From Anaerolineae bacterium (GTDB lineage: Bacteria; Chloroflexota; Anaerolineae; B4-G1; SLSP01), in the NCBI GenBank assembly GCA_034435555.1, contig DAOTXC010000120.1:3132-67131 (forward strand): a stretch of 64,000 nucleotides of DNA, written 5' to 3'. Below are positions 53,383 through 62,757 of the stretch, in pieces (position 1 is the first letter of the stretch; every line of letters begins with the position of its first letter). The position numbers were made by a program, and so were the translations under genes. The notes below the pieces were generated by a model. That model saw only the letters and a program-made list of their open reading frames with translations. It was not told where the DNA came from and did no database searches.

Positions 53383-54582
53383 ATGTTGGATCAGACAAAG
53401 ACAAGCAGCCTGATTCCCTGGGCGCGCCTGGGCGGCTACTACGCCAGCTTCATCATGCTAGGGATGACCGGCGCGGTGCTGGGGCCGACGCTGCCCGCGC
53501 TGGCGGAGCACACAGGCGTCACGCTCAACGCGATCGGCCTGCTCTTCACCGCCCGCTCGCTGGGCTTCCTGCTCGGCGCGGTCCAGGCAGGGCGACTCTA
53601 CGACAGCCAGCCGGGCCATCGCGTCCTCACGCTGGGGCTGCTCATCTCCGCCGGCATGACCGCCCTGACCCCCATCGCGCCGCAGCTCTGGCTGCTGTGG
53701 CTGATCTCGTTGGCGGCGGGGGTGGCGCAATCCACCATTGATGTAGGCGGCAACACGATGCTCATCTGGACTTTCCAAGACGACGTCGGCCCCTTCATGA
53801 ACGGGATGCACTTTTGCTTTGGCGTCGGCTCCCTGCTGGCGCCGCTCATCGTTGCGCGGGCCATCATCGTGACCGGGGATGTGACGTGGGGCTACTGGGT
53901 GCTCGCGTTGGCGATTCTGCCGGTGGCGGCATGGTTGGCGCGCCAGCCAAGCCCTCGCCGCGACGCGACCTCCGACGAAGAAAACACCCTCACCCACCCC
54001 CAACAACGGCTCATTTTGCTCATTGCCTGCTTCTTCTTCCTTTACGTGGGCGCGGAGATCAGCTTCGGCGGCTGGATCTACACCTATGCACTGACGCTGG
54101 GCGTGGCGACCGTGACCACCGCAGCCTACCTCAACTCCGCGTTCTGGGCGGCGCTGACCGCCGGGCGGTTGCTCTCGATCCCCCTGGCGAATCGCCTGCG
54201 GCCCAGCCTCCTGTTGCAAATTGCGCTGGCGGGTTCCCTGCTCAGCGGGGGGATCGTCGTGCTGGGCGGAGCGCGGGTGCTCCCCTTGTGGGTGGGAACG
54301 GTGGGCATGGGCCTCTCGATGGCGACGGTCTTCCCCACAACGCTGGCCCTGGCCGAGCGCCGCTTGCACATCACCGGCAAAATGATGTCCCAGTTCTTCG
54401 TGGGCGCGAGCCTGGGGTCTATGACCTTGCCCTCGCTCATTGGGCAACTCTTCGAGAGCCTGGGCGCGCGGGCTGGAATGATAACCCTCGTCGCAGATTT
54501 GGGATTGACCGCTCTGATGCTTTACGCGCTGCTGGCATACAGTCGCACCGCCGCGCCCGTGATCGCGCAGGATCGCGTTTGA
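53383..54582 (+). CDS. MFS transporter
   Basis: 12 TM segments. Characteristic G-rich loops. 399 aa. Confidence 0.8.
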   Translation: MLDQTKTSSLIPWARLGGYYASFIMLGMTGAVLGPTLPALAEHTGVTLNAIGLLFTARSLGFLLGAVQAGRLYDSQPGHRVLTLGLLISAGMTALTPIAPQLWLLWLISLAAGVAQSTIDVGGNTMLIWTFQDDVGPFMNGMHFCFGVGSLLAPLIVARAIIVTGDVTWGYWVLALAILPVAAWLARQPSPRRDATSDEENTLTHPQQRLILLIACFFFLYVGAEISFGGWIYTYALTLGVATVTTAAYLNSAFWAALTAGRLLSIPLANRLRPSLLLQIALAGSLLSGGIVVLGGARVLPLWVGTVGMGLSMATVFPTTLALAERRLHITGKMMSQFFVGASLGSMTLPSLIGQLFESLGARAGMITLVADLGLTALMLYALLAYSRTAAPVIAQDRV

Positions 54583-54606
54583 CAAGTTCGTAAGTTCGCG
54601 TATAAT
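54579..54606 (+). promoter_or_regulatory. Consensus sigma70 promoter TTGACA-N16-TATAAT driving the tRNA-Leu gene
   Basis: Perfect hexamers. The -10 ends 13 nt before the tRNA 5' end. The -35 overlaps the MFS stop codon. Confidence 0.55.
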
Positions 54607-54619
54607 GGCCCTTGTGCTT

Positions 54620-54702
54620 GCCCCAGTGGTGGAATTGGCATACACAGCAGGTTGAGGGCCTGTGCTCGAAAGGGCGTGGAGGTTCGAGTCCTCCCTGGGG
54701 CA
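54620..54702 (+). tRNA. tRNA-Leu (anticodon GAG), type II with long variable arm
   Basis: Manual fold. Acceptor GCCCCAG/CTGGGGC. Anticodon stem GCAGG/CCTGT with loop TTGAGGG (anticodon GAG). Variable stem-loop GCTCgaaaGGGC. T-arm GGAGG-TTCGAGT-CCTCC. Discriminator A. CCA not encoded. Confidence 0.8.
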
Positions 54703-54712
54703 TTCACCCGCA

Positions 54713-54741
54713 AACATCCCCCGGCATGACCGGGGGATGTT
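54713..54741 (+). terminator. Hairpin (12-bp stem AACATCCCCCGG/CCGGGGGATGTT) immediately after the tRNA
   Basis: Perfect inverted repeat. Weak U-tract (CCAUUACC). Confidence 0.4.
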
Positions 54742-54998
54742 CCATTACCGGCCTGACGGTCAATCCTCACGTCACTTTGACCTCTCCCGATTTTCCCTTA
54801 TCCTATCTCAGGATGCAAAAAAGCGCCACATCAGCGCGCCCACGGTGTTTGCAAAGGCCCAGGCCCCGCGTGTATGATTGCTTCTCCAAGGAAAGGAGCC
54901 TCAGCGCGAAATGCGCTACGGGACGACGTGTGCCTCGCAGCCGGTTGCATCCCTGGCGTTGGTATAGTGTCGGATTTCAACAAACATGAGGAGGAAAT

Positions 54999-56156
54999 AT
55001 GGCTGAGAAACTATTAACGTTAGGTGTGATTGGTACATCAAGCAAGGAAAATGAGCATCGGCTGCCCATCCATCCAGAGCATCTACCCAGAATCGAACCC
55101 CATCTAAGCCCGCAGATTTTCGTGGAAACGGGCTATGGAAACCGTTTCGGCGCAGACGAGGACTATTTGCGCGCCCACACCGGCGGCATCCGCTCGCGCG
55201 AGGCGCTCTTCGAGCAGTGCGATATCATCCTGCTGCCCAAACCTACCCCAGAGGACTTTCCCTACTTCCGCGAGGGGCAAATCCTGTGGGGCTGGCCGCA
55301 CTGCGTGCAGGGCAAGGCCATCACCCAACTGGGCATTGACAAGCGGCTCACGATGATCGCCTGGGAAGCGATGTACGTCTGGCGGAGCGAGCAGACCCCC
55401 GGAATGCACACCTTCTACAAGAACAACGAGCTGGCGGGCTACGGCAGCACCCTCCACGCCCTCCAGTTGCAGGGCATCACCGGGCATTACGGCCCCCACA
55501 AGCGCGCCGCTGTGATCAGCTTCGGCTCCACCGGACGCGGGGCGGTCTATGCCCTGCGCGGAATGGGCTACACCGACATCACCATCTACACGCAGCGCCC
55601 CTCGCACGCGGTACACAACCAGATCCCGGCGTTGGGCTATCGCCGCTACAAGCGCGCTACCCCTAATGGCGCGGATGTGGTCGCCGGGCGGCGCGGCACA
55701 AGAACGATGGCCGAGGAGCTGGGCAAATACGACATCATCGTCAACTGTGTGCTGCAGGATACCGACCGCCCGCTGATGTTCATCCGCAACGCCGAACTCG
55801 ACCACCTGCGGCCCGGCACGCTTATCATTGACGTGAGCTGCGACCACGGCATGGGCTTCGAGTTCGCTCGCCCCACCTCCTTCGAGTCGCCCACCTTCGA
55901 GGTCGGCGACCGTGTGTGCTACTACGCGGTTGATCACTCGCCCTCCTACCTGTGGAACGCTGCCACCGACGTCATCAGCGAGTCGGTGCTGCCCTACCTG
56001 CCCACCGTGATGGGCGGCCCTGACGCCTGGGCGCAAAACCGCACCATCCGTAAAGCCATCGAAATCCGCGAGGGCGTGACCCAAAACCCCAAGATTCTGC
56101 ACTTCCAGAAGCGCGCGGAGACCTACCCCCATCCCATCCGCAACGACGCCAAGTGA
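54999..56156 (+). CDS. Alanine-dehydrogenase/PNT-family NAD(P) dehydrogenase (N5-carboxyethyl-ornithine synthase / saccharopine dehydrogenase-like)
   Basis: N-terminal LGVIGTSSKENEHRLPIHPEH AlaDH/PNT N-domain pattern. Rossmann segment VISFGSTGRG. 385 aa. Substrate not assignable. Confidence 0.65.
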   Translation: MAEKLLTLGVIGTSSKENEHRLPIHPEHLPRIEPHLSPQIFVETGYGNRFGADEDYLRAHTGGIRSREALFEQCDIILLPKPTPEDFPYFREGQILWGWPHCVQGKAITQLGIDKRLTMIAWEAMYVWRSEQTPGMHTFYKNNELAGYGSTLHALQLQGITGHYGPHKRAAVISFGSTGRGAVYALRGMGYTDITIYTQRPSHAVHNQIPALGYRRYKRATPNGADVVAGRRGTRTMAEELGKYDIIVNCVLQDTDRPLMFIRNAELDHLRPGTLIIDVSCDHGMGFEFARPTSFESPTFEVGDRVCYYAVDHSPSYLWNAATDVISESVLPYLPTVMGGPDAWAQNRTIRKAIEIREGVTQNPKILHFQKRAETYPHPIRNDAK

Positions 56157-56479
56157 GATCGCTACACATCATAGGACTTACGCCATCACGCGGCCTCAAC
56201 ATCTTCAACCGCAGAGCGCGCAAAGGACGCAGAGTTTTTTGTTAAAAACCCGCCGACGTTGCTCAAAAAGACGGTTTTTGTTGTGCCAAGATGTTGAGAA
56301 AGTACTTTATAAAAATTCTCTTTGCGCTCTCTGCGTACTCTGCGGTTAGGTTCTCGATACTTGCGTAAGTCCTGATCAGAAAAGCCAGGGTTGGAACAGA
56401 TTCCTGCTTGTTCATGGAACAAATATGCCGGTTCCTACGTCTTTAAGATGTAGGCAAAACAGGAAAACAGAAGGAGGAT

Positions 56480-57061
56480 GTGGAAATGAAAACCCAACTG
56501 GTCAGCCTGATATTGGCAGTGTTGGTCATCGTAGTGGCCGGCTGTGCTAGAACGGATAATAGCACCGAGGTGGGGCTACCCAATCCCGCATCGGTCTATT
56601 GCGAAGAGCAGGGCGGCAAGCTGGAGATCCGCGAGGGCGAAGACGGCCAATACGGCATCTGCGTCTTCGACGACGGCAGCGAATGTGAGGAATGGGCCTT
56701 CTACCGGGGCGAGTGCGCGCCGGGCGTGGGAACGCTCCCCACCAATGGCGAAGCAACGCTCGTTCATGTGGACGAACTGACCCTGAACATCATGGAGTCG
56801 TTCCCCGTACAGGTGAACGCGGTGGTTCGCGGCAATCTGGCTGACGGCTGCGTCATTCTCGACGGCATCGAAGCCACCCGCGAGGGCAACATCTTCACTC
56901 TGGAGATCAACGCCCGCAGCGAGGGCGAAATATGCACAATGGCGCTCGTTCCCTTCAAGGAGATCGTCAGCCTCGAGGTCGAGGGATTGCCCGCCGGCGT
57001 CTACACCGTCGTCATCGAGGATCTAAGCGCGACCTTCACCTTCGACGTGGATAACGGCTGA
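56480..57061 (+). CDS. DUF333-family lipoprotein (putative hemolysin-like domain) with extra C-terminal domain
   Basis: Lipobox VVAGC. NPASVYCEEQGGK...GICVFDDGSECEEWAFYRGEC DUF333 signature. GGAGG SD. Confidence 0.7.
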   Translation: MEMKTQLVSLILAVLVIVVAGCARTDNSTEVGLPNPASVYCEEQGGKLEIREGEDGQYGICVFDDGSECEEWAFYRGECAPGVGTLPTNGEATLVHVDELTLNIMESFPVQVNAVVRGNLADGCVILDGIEATREGNIFTLEINARSEGEICTMALVPFKEIVSLEVEGLPAGVYTVVIEDLSATFTFDVDNG

Positions 57062-57149
57062 GCCGCAAAGACAGTTCACCATCAGGCCCCTCAAATGAGG
57101 GGTCTTTTTTCGTGCCGGTAGATGTCACGGGCGGGAAGCGTGGTATACT

Positions 57150-57827
57150 GTGGCAAATACTGACCGGGAAGTGACGCAGATGACCATGACCATCAAAGAC
57201 GAAGGTGTCTGGCGCGAGGAAATCGTCCGCGTGACGCGGCAATGCACCGCCCAGGGCCTCATCCGCTCCAGCGACGGCAACCTCTCCGTCCGGCTCGCCC
57301 CCGACCGCTATCTCATCACGCCCAGCGGCATCTACAAGGCCACGCTCCAGCCCGCCGACCTCCTGCTCATTGACGCTGAAGCCAACGTCATCGCCGGGCC
57401 GTCTGGCCTGCGCCCCACCTCCGAGACCCGGCTCCATCTGGAGGTCTACCGCCGCCGCTCCGACGTGCGCGCCGTCCTCCACGCCCATCCGCCCTACGCC
57501 ACCGCCCTCACCCTCATCGGGGTGACGCTGCCCGTCAACCTGATCCCCGAAGTGCTCCTCACGCTCGGCGATGTGCCCACCGCGCCCTACGCCACGCCCG
57601 GCACCGCTGAACTCGCCGCCAGCATCCGCCCCTATATCGCCACCCACGACGCACTCCTGCTGAGCCACCACGGAAGCCTCACCATCGGGCCGGACCTGGA
57701 GACCGCGCTCATCGCCCTTGAACGCATCGAACATACCGCGCGCATCTACGCACTGGCCCACGCGCTCGGCACGCCGCAGCCTCTCCCCGCCGCAGAAGTC
57801 GCACGGCTGCGCCGTCTGGGACAATAA
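57150..57827 (+). CDS. Class II aldolase/adducin-family protein (fuculose-phosphate aldolase / MTRu-1-P dehydratase-like)
   Basis: Zn/His motifs HAHPPYATALT ... LLSHHGSLTIGPDLETA. Stop overlaps the ECF ATPase start. Confidence 0.8.
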   Translation: MANTDREVTQMTMTIKDEGVWREEIVRVTRQCTAQGLIRSSDGNLSVRLAPDRYLITPSGIYKATLQPADLLLIDAEANVIAGPSGLRPTSETRLHLEVYRRRSDVRAVLHAHPPYATALTLIGVTLPVNLIPEVLLTLGDVPTAPYATPGTAELAASIRPYIATHDALLLSHHGSLTIGPDLETALIALERIEHTARIYALAHALGTPQPLPAAEVARLRRLGQ

Positions 57828-59563
57828 TGACCGCTCTGTTCATCAGCGAGCACCTTCACTACGCCTACCCCACCCCGCGAGGCGAGCCGCGACCGGCGCT
57901 GTGCGACCTCTCGTTCACCATCGCGGAGGGCGAATACGTCGCCATCGTCGGGGCGAACGGCTCCGGCAAATCCACGCTGGCCCGACACTTCAACGCACTC
58001 CTGCGCCCCACACAGGGCAGCCTGCACGTCGCCGGGATGGACACCCGCGAGGTCAAAGCGCACCGCGACATTCGCCAGCTCGTGGGGATGGTCTTCCAGC
58101 GCCCCGAAGATCAACTGGTCGCCTCCATCGTCGCGGATGATGTGGCCTTCGGGTTGGAGAACCTGAGGCTGCCCGCCATGGAGACCCAGCGCCGCGTTTA
58201 CGAGGCATTGCTCGCGGTAGACCTCTGGGACGAGCGCGACCGTCCCACGCACCTCCTCTCCGCCGGGCAGCTCCAGCGTGCGGCCTTCGCCGGCATCCTC
58301 GCCATGCGCCCGCGCTGCATCGTCTGCGACGAAGTCACCGCCATGCTCGACCCGCGCGGGCGCGAGGATGTGCTCGCGCTTCTGCGCCAGCTCCACGCCG
58401 ACGGGCTGACCATCGTGACCATCACGCACTTCATGACCGAAGCCGCGCAGGCCGACCGGGTGATCGTGCTCGACCACGGGCGGATCGCGCTAGATGGCCC
58501 GCCGCAAGAGATTTTCTCCCGCGACCAGGCGACGCTTCAGGCATTGGCCCTCGATCTACCGCCCGCCGCCGCGCTGAATCACCTGCTACGCCCCCACTTC
58601 CCCACCCTGCCCACCGGCCTGCTCACCGTGGACGACCTGGCCGCCGCGCTCGATGCGACCGTGCCCCAACCGCAGCGCCCGAAGGTCAGCAGCGCCCCGC
58701 CTGTTACGTGGCGCGAAGGCCCGCTGCACATCGAGGTCAACGAACTCGGCCACGTCTACTTGCAAGGGACGCCCCTGGAACGCCGCGCGCTCATCGGCAT
58801 TGACCTGGAGGTCGTCGCCGGCGCGGCGCACGGCCTGCTCGGCGCGACCGGCTCCGGCAAATCCACGCTGATGCAGCACCTCAATGGGCTGTACCGCCCG
58901 CAAGAAGGGCTGGTCCGCGTGGCCGGCTACAATCTCCGCTACGCCGACACCGATGTGCGCGAGGTGCGCCGCCGTGTGGGGCTGGCCTTCCAGCAACCGG
59001 AGCTGCAGATTTTCGAGCAATACGTGGGCGACGAGATCGCCTACGGCCCGCGCCTGCAAGACCTCGAGCGCGCCGCGCTGCGCGAGCGGGTGCGTTGGGC
59101 GATGTCCCTCGTCGGGCTGGAATTCGAGGCGTTCAAGGATCGGCTCACCTTCACGCTGAGCGGCGGCGAGCGGCGCAAAGTGGCGCTGGCTGCGGTACTC
59201 GCACTGCGCCCGGAGATCCTCCTGCTGGATGAGCCAACCGCCGGCCTCGACCCCGCCTCCCGCGCCGACCTCCTCACGCGCTTGCAGGCGCTCCGCGAGA
59301 GCGGCATGACCCTGGCTATCTCCTCCCATCAGATGGAAGACCTCGCCCTGTTGACAGAAAAGCTGACCATCCTGAGCGAGGGCGCGGTCGCCATGACCGG
59401 CCCCACCCGCGAAGTCTTTGCCCAGGGCGAAGTGTTGCGCCGTCACGGGCTGGCCCTGCCGACGATTTCGACGCTGGTGGCCTTGTTGCGCTCCCGTGGC
59501 TGGGCGCTGCCCCCCACACTGATCACCCCCGCCGAGTTCATGGCCGCACTGGGGCTGACATGA
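57827..59563 (+). CDS. ecfA: ECF transporter fused tandem ATPase (EcfA1-EcfA2)
   Basis: Two complete ABC cassettes (GANGSGKST ... LSAGQLQRAAFAG ... CDEVTAMLD ; GATGSGKST ... LSGGERRKVALAA ... LLLDEPTAGLD). Confidence 0.85.
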   Translation: MTALFISEHLHYAYPTPRGEPRPALCDLSFTIAEGEYVAIVGANGSGKSTLARHFNALLRPTQGSLHVAGMDTREVKAHRDIRQLVGMVFQRPEDQLVASIVADDVAFGLENLRLPAMETQRRVYEALLAVDLWDERDRPTHLLSAGQLQRAAFAGILAMRPRCIVCDEVTAMLDPRGREDVLALLRQLHADGLTIVTITHFMTEAAQADRVIVLDHGRIALDGPPQEIFSRDQATLQALALDLPPAAALNHLLRPHFPTLPTGLLTVDDLAAALDATVPQPQRPKVSSAPPVTWREGPLHIEVNELGHVYLQGTPLERRALIGIDLEVVAGAAHGLLGATGSGKSTLMQHLNGLYRPQEGLVRVAGYNLRYADTDVREVRRRVGLAFQQPELQIFEQYVGDEIAYGPRLQDLERAALRERVRWAMSLVGLEFEAFKDRLTFTLSGGERRKVALAAVLALRPEILLLDEPTAGLDPASRADLLTRLQALRESGMTLAISSHQMEDLALLTEKLTILSEGAVAMTGPTREVFAQGEVLRRHGLALPTISTLVALLRSRGWALPPTLITPAEFMAALGLT

Positions 59564-60381
59564 GCGACTTCGAGTTCTCGCGCTACGTGACGATTGGGCA
59601 ACATCTGCCCACCGGCTCTATCATCCACCGGCTCGATCCGCGCGCGCGTTTGCTCAGCGGGCTGGCGCTGCTGGTGGCGATCACCTTTGCGCGGCATCTC
59701 CTGGGACTGGGGATCGCGGTGGTAGGGCTGCTGGTGCTGCTACGAATCGCGCGCATTCCGGGCGGTTTTGCGCTCCGCGGGTTGCTCCCGCCGCTGCCGA
59801 TTTTGCTCCTGCTCGCAGCCTTCCAGGTCTTCTTCGGGCCACAGACGCAGGCGGGCGTCCTGCTCTCTGCGTGGGGGCCGATAAAAATCTCAACAGCGAG
59901 CCTGCTCGCGGGCGGCATCCTGCTGCTGCGCTTCGCCGCCCTCATCCTGGCGTTGAGCCTGATCTCGTTCACGCTGGCAACCACCGAGCTCGTGCGCGGT
60001 CTGGAGGCGTTACTACGTCCCCTCACCCGGCTGGGACTGCCCACGCAGGACTTCATCCTGTTGATCCAGGTCGCGCTGCGCTTCCAACCGCTGCTGGCCC
60101 GCGAGGCCGAGCGGATCGCCAAGGCGCAAGCCTCGCGCGGCGCAGATTGGGGCACCGGGCGCGGCAGCATTCTGCGCCGGGTGCGACAGCTGTTTCCCCT
60201 CCTAATCCCGCTCTTTTTGATTGGACTCCAGCGCGCCGAGCAACTGGCGCTGGCAATGGTGGCGCGCGGCTATCAGAGCCGAGGGCAACGCTCTTCGATG
60301 GTGGAATTACACTTTACCAGAGCGGATACGCTTGCCGTATTGTTGACAGGCATCCTATCCGGCCTGATTTTGGGGCTGTGA
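59560..60381 (+). CDS. ecfT: ECF transporter transmembrane (T) component
   Basis: 5-6 TM. Conserved ARG motifs (AxxARG: AKAQASRGADW ... LAMVARGYQS). Overlaps the ecfA stop by 4 nt. No S-component gene adjacent. Confidence 0.8.
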   Translation: MSDFEFSRYVTIGQHLPTGSIIHRLDPRARLLSGLALLVAITFARHLLGLGIAVVGLLVLLRIARIPGGFALRGLLPPLPILLLLAAFQVFFGPQTQAGVLLSAWGPIKISTASLLAGGILLLRFAALILALSLISFTLATTELVRGLEALLRPLTRLGLPTQDFILLIQVALRFQPLLAREAERIAKAQASRGADWGTGRGSILRRVRQLFPLLIPLFLIGLQRAEQLALAMVARGYQSRGQRSSMVELHFTRADTLAVLLTGILSGLILGL

Positions 60382-60412
60382 AGCAAGGCGGATGACGCCC
60401 TCCGCTTCGAAT

Positions 60413-61063
60413 TCAGTGCAGGCAAGCGGCCAGCCGCCGTTCCATCTCAACAATGTGACGCCGCTTGCCGCCGCCACGGAGGATACGGGCGGCGTTAGTG
60501 AAGTACATGTGGTTGCGCAGAAACTGTAACTGATGGGTATACCATTGCGCATCGGTGAAATCCATCCCCAACGCCGCTACCTCAGCGTGTAGAGCCTGGT
60601 TGCGTTTCCAAAAATCGCACCGCCCCAACACATCGAGATCGGCATCCGCCACGATTGCCTCTAGCAACGTGCGCGGCTGCTGCGGGATACTCGTCGCCAA
60701 AATCATCCCCACGATGAGCGAGACCTGGGTCGCGGTATAGCCAAAATGCGGCAACACCTCTGCGGCCAGCTGCGCGCCCACCGCCTCGTGATCCTGAGGT
60801 TGCTGCACAAAGCCAATATCGTGGAAACAGGCCGCGGTGCGCATCAGCTGTAGCGGCTCGCCTGTGACGCCTTCCAGAGCAGCCAGACGCTCCACAGCGG
60901 GGAGTACTTCATCGCGGGTATGCACCAGAGAATGGTAGGTCAACTGAGGGGACAACTCGTGAGACAATCGGTCGAGAGCATAAAGATGCGCCCTCTCAAA
61001 ATCGCGTATCTGCAAAAACGGATATGCCATCAACGGATGCTGTTCCAACCTCAAATCCACCAT
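60413..61063 (-). CDS. HD-domain phosphohydrolase
   Basis: H...HD motif (HSLVHT ... ACFHDIGF). Confidence 0.7.
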   Translation of the reverse strand: MVDLRLEQHPLMAYPFLQIRDFERAHLYALDRLSHELSPQLTYHSLVHTRDEVLPAVERLAALEGVTGEPLQLMRTAACFHDIGFVQQPQDHEAVGAQLAAEVLPHFGYTATQVSLIVGMILATSIPQQPRTLLEAIVADADLDVLGRCDFWKRNQALHAEVAALGMDFTDAQWYTHQLQFLRNHMYFTNAARILRGGGKRRHIVEMERRLAACLH

Positions 61064-61155
61064 TTTTCACCTGTCCTGAGTGGCTTTTACAACATACACC
61101 ATAGTATACTACCTTTTTACACCGAGCAAGGTTCAAAAAAGGGCCTTCCAAAATA

Positions 61156-61186
61156 ACGTAAGACGGGTTGGCAACCCGGCTTACGT
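61156..61186. promoter_or_regulatory. 31-nt near-perfect palindrome ACGTAAGaCGGGTTG-G-CAACCCGgCTTACGT (candidate operator) between the HD and lat genes
   Basis: 14 of 15 positions are symmetric. Read directly. Confidence 0.35.
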
Positions 61187-61332
61187 TGTCAGCCTTTACA
61201 TTCTGCAGGGGAATCATAGACACTTATCAGAGCTACCCCCTTGCAAATCAGGCTATAATGGGAGTGAGCGCGTCCCTAAAAGACGACCCGGCGCGATTTC
61301 ACCATGCGCCAAAAAATCTATTGGAGGCACAA

Positions 61333-62676
61333 ATGCAACCGCATCAGGTACATGAAACCATTGGTAAGTGTATGCTTGCCGACGGGGACCCCCTCGTCGT
61401 TGATCTCAAACGCTCTCACGGCTCCTACATCGTGGACGCCGTGACGGGTCGGGAGTATCTCGATTTCTTTGCCTATTTCGGCAGCCTGCCCATCGGACAC
61501 AACCATCCGCGTATGCACGAACCGGAGTTTTTGGATGAACTCACCACGGCGGCGCGGACCAAGCCATCCAGCTCGGACTTCTACACCCTGCCGATGGCTA
61601 ATTTTGTAGCGACGTTCGAGCGCGTGGCGCTCCCCGACTACATGCGCCATCTCTTCCTGGTGTGCGGTGGCGCGCTGGCCGTGGAAAACGCCCTCAAGAC
61701 TGCTTTCGATTGGAAATTCCGCCACAACGTCGAGCGGCTTCAGGCAGCGCAGGATGCCAGCTGGCAATATCAGATTGAAGGCTGGGGCAGCAAAATCATC
61801 CACTTCCAACAGGCCTTCCACGGGCGCTCAGGTTACACCCTCTCACTCACCAACACCTCCGACCCGCGCAAATACATGCACTTCCCCAAATTCGATTGGC
61901 CCCGCATCATCAATCCCAAACTGCGCTTTCCCCTCACGCCGGAGGGCATCGCCGAAACCCAACGCATCGAAGAGATGGCGATTGACGAGATCGAGCGGGC
62001 CGTCAGGCGTTATCCTGGCGACATCGCGGCGCTGATCATCGAGCCGATCCAGGCCGAAGGCGGCGACAACCACTTCCGCCCAGAGTTCATGCGCGAGCTG
62101 CGCCGCCTGGCCGATGAGCACGAATTCCTCTTCATCCTCGACGAGGTGCAGACCGGATTGGGCCTCACCGGCAAGATGTGGGCCATTGAGCACACCGATG
62201 TGCGGCCTGACATCATCGCCTTTGGGAAGAAGACCCAGGTGTGCGGCATCCTCGCCGGCCCGCGCGTGGATCAGGTTGAAAACAACGTCTTCCAGGAATC
62301 GAGCCGCATCAACTCAACGTGGGGCGGCAACCTGGTTGACATGGTACGCAGCGCCCAGTATCTCCGCATCATCGAAGAGGAAAATCTAGTGAAAAACGCC
62401 GAGGTAATGGGCGAGCGAATGCTCAACGGCCTGCTCGGCATTGCGGAGCGTTCGCAAGGCGTCGTCACCAACGTGCGCGGCAAGGGCCTGATGATCGCCT
62501 TCGATCTGCCAACGCCCGAAAAGCGCACCAAGATGCACCAAACGCTCAAGAGTAACGGCCTCTACGCCCTCATCTGCGGCGACCGTTCCATCCGCTTCCG
62601 CCCCACCCTCGACGTGCCCGCCGAGGTGATTGATCAGGCACTCGACATCATCGAGAACAGCCTGGTGGAACTGTAG
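61333..62676 (+). CDS. lat: L-lysine 6-aminotransferase (class-III PLP aminotransferase, LAT-like)
   Basis: N-terminal DGDPLVVDLKRSHGSYIVDAVTGREYLDFFAYFGSLPIGHNHP matches the LAT family block. PLP lysine region. GGAGG SD before the ATG at 61333. Confidence 0.75.
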   Translation: MQPHQVHETIGKCMLADGDPLVVDLKRSHGSYIVDAVTGREYLDFFAYFGSLPIGHNHPRMHEPEFLDELTTAARTKPSSSDFYTLPMANFVATFERVALPDYMRHLFLVCGGALAVENALKTAFDWKFRHNVERLQAAQDASWQYQIEGWGSKIIHFQQAFHGRSGYTLSLTNTSDPRKYMHFPKFDWPRIINPKLRFPLTPEGIAETQRIEEMAIDEIERAVRRYPGDIAALIIEPIQAEGGDNHFRPEFMRELRRLADEHEFLFILDEVQTGLGLTGKMWAIEHTDVRPDIIAFGKKTQVCGILAGPRVDQVENNVFQESSRINSTWGGNLVDMVRSAQYLRIIEEENLVKNAEVMGERMLNGLLGIAERSQGVVTNVRGKGLMIAFDLPTPEKRTKMHQTLKSNGLYALICGDRSIRFRPTLDVPAEVIDQALDIIENSLVEL

Positions 62677-62693
62677 CTGCCTCTCAAAAGCAA

Positions 62694-62741
62694 GTACCGC
62701 GAACTTCAGAGCGCCAGGGTGCGCACTAAAGTTCGCGGTAC
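62694..62741. terminator. Bidirectional hairpin (13-bp perfect stem GTACCGCGAACTT/AAGTTCGCGGTAC, 22-nt loop) between convergent genes
   Basis: Read directly. Flanked by T-rich runs on both strands. Confidence 0.45.
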
Positions 62742-62757
62742 AACTTTGTTAAACGGT

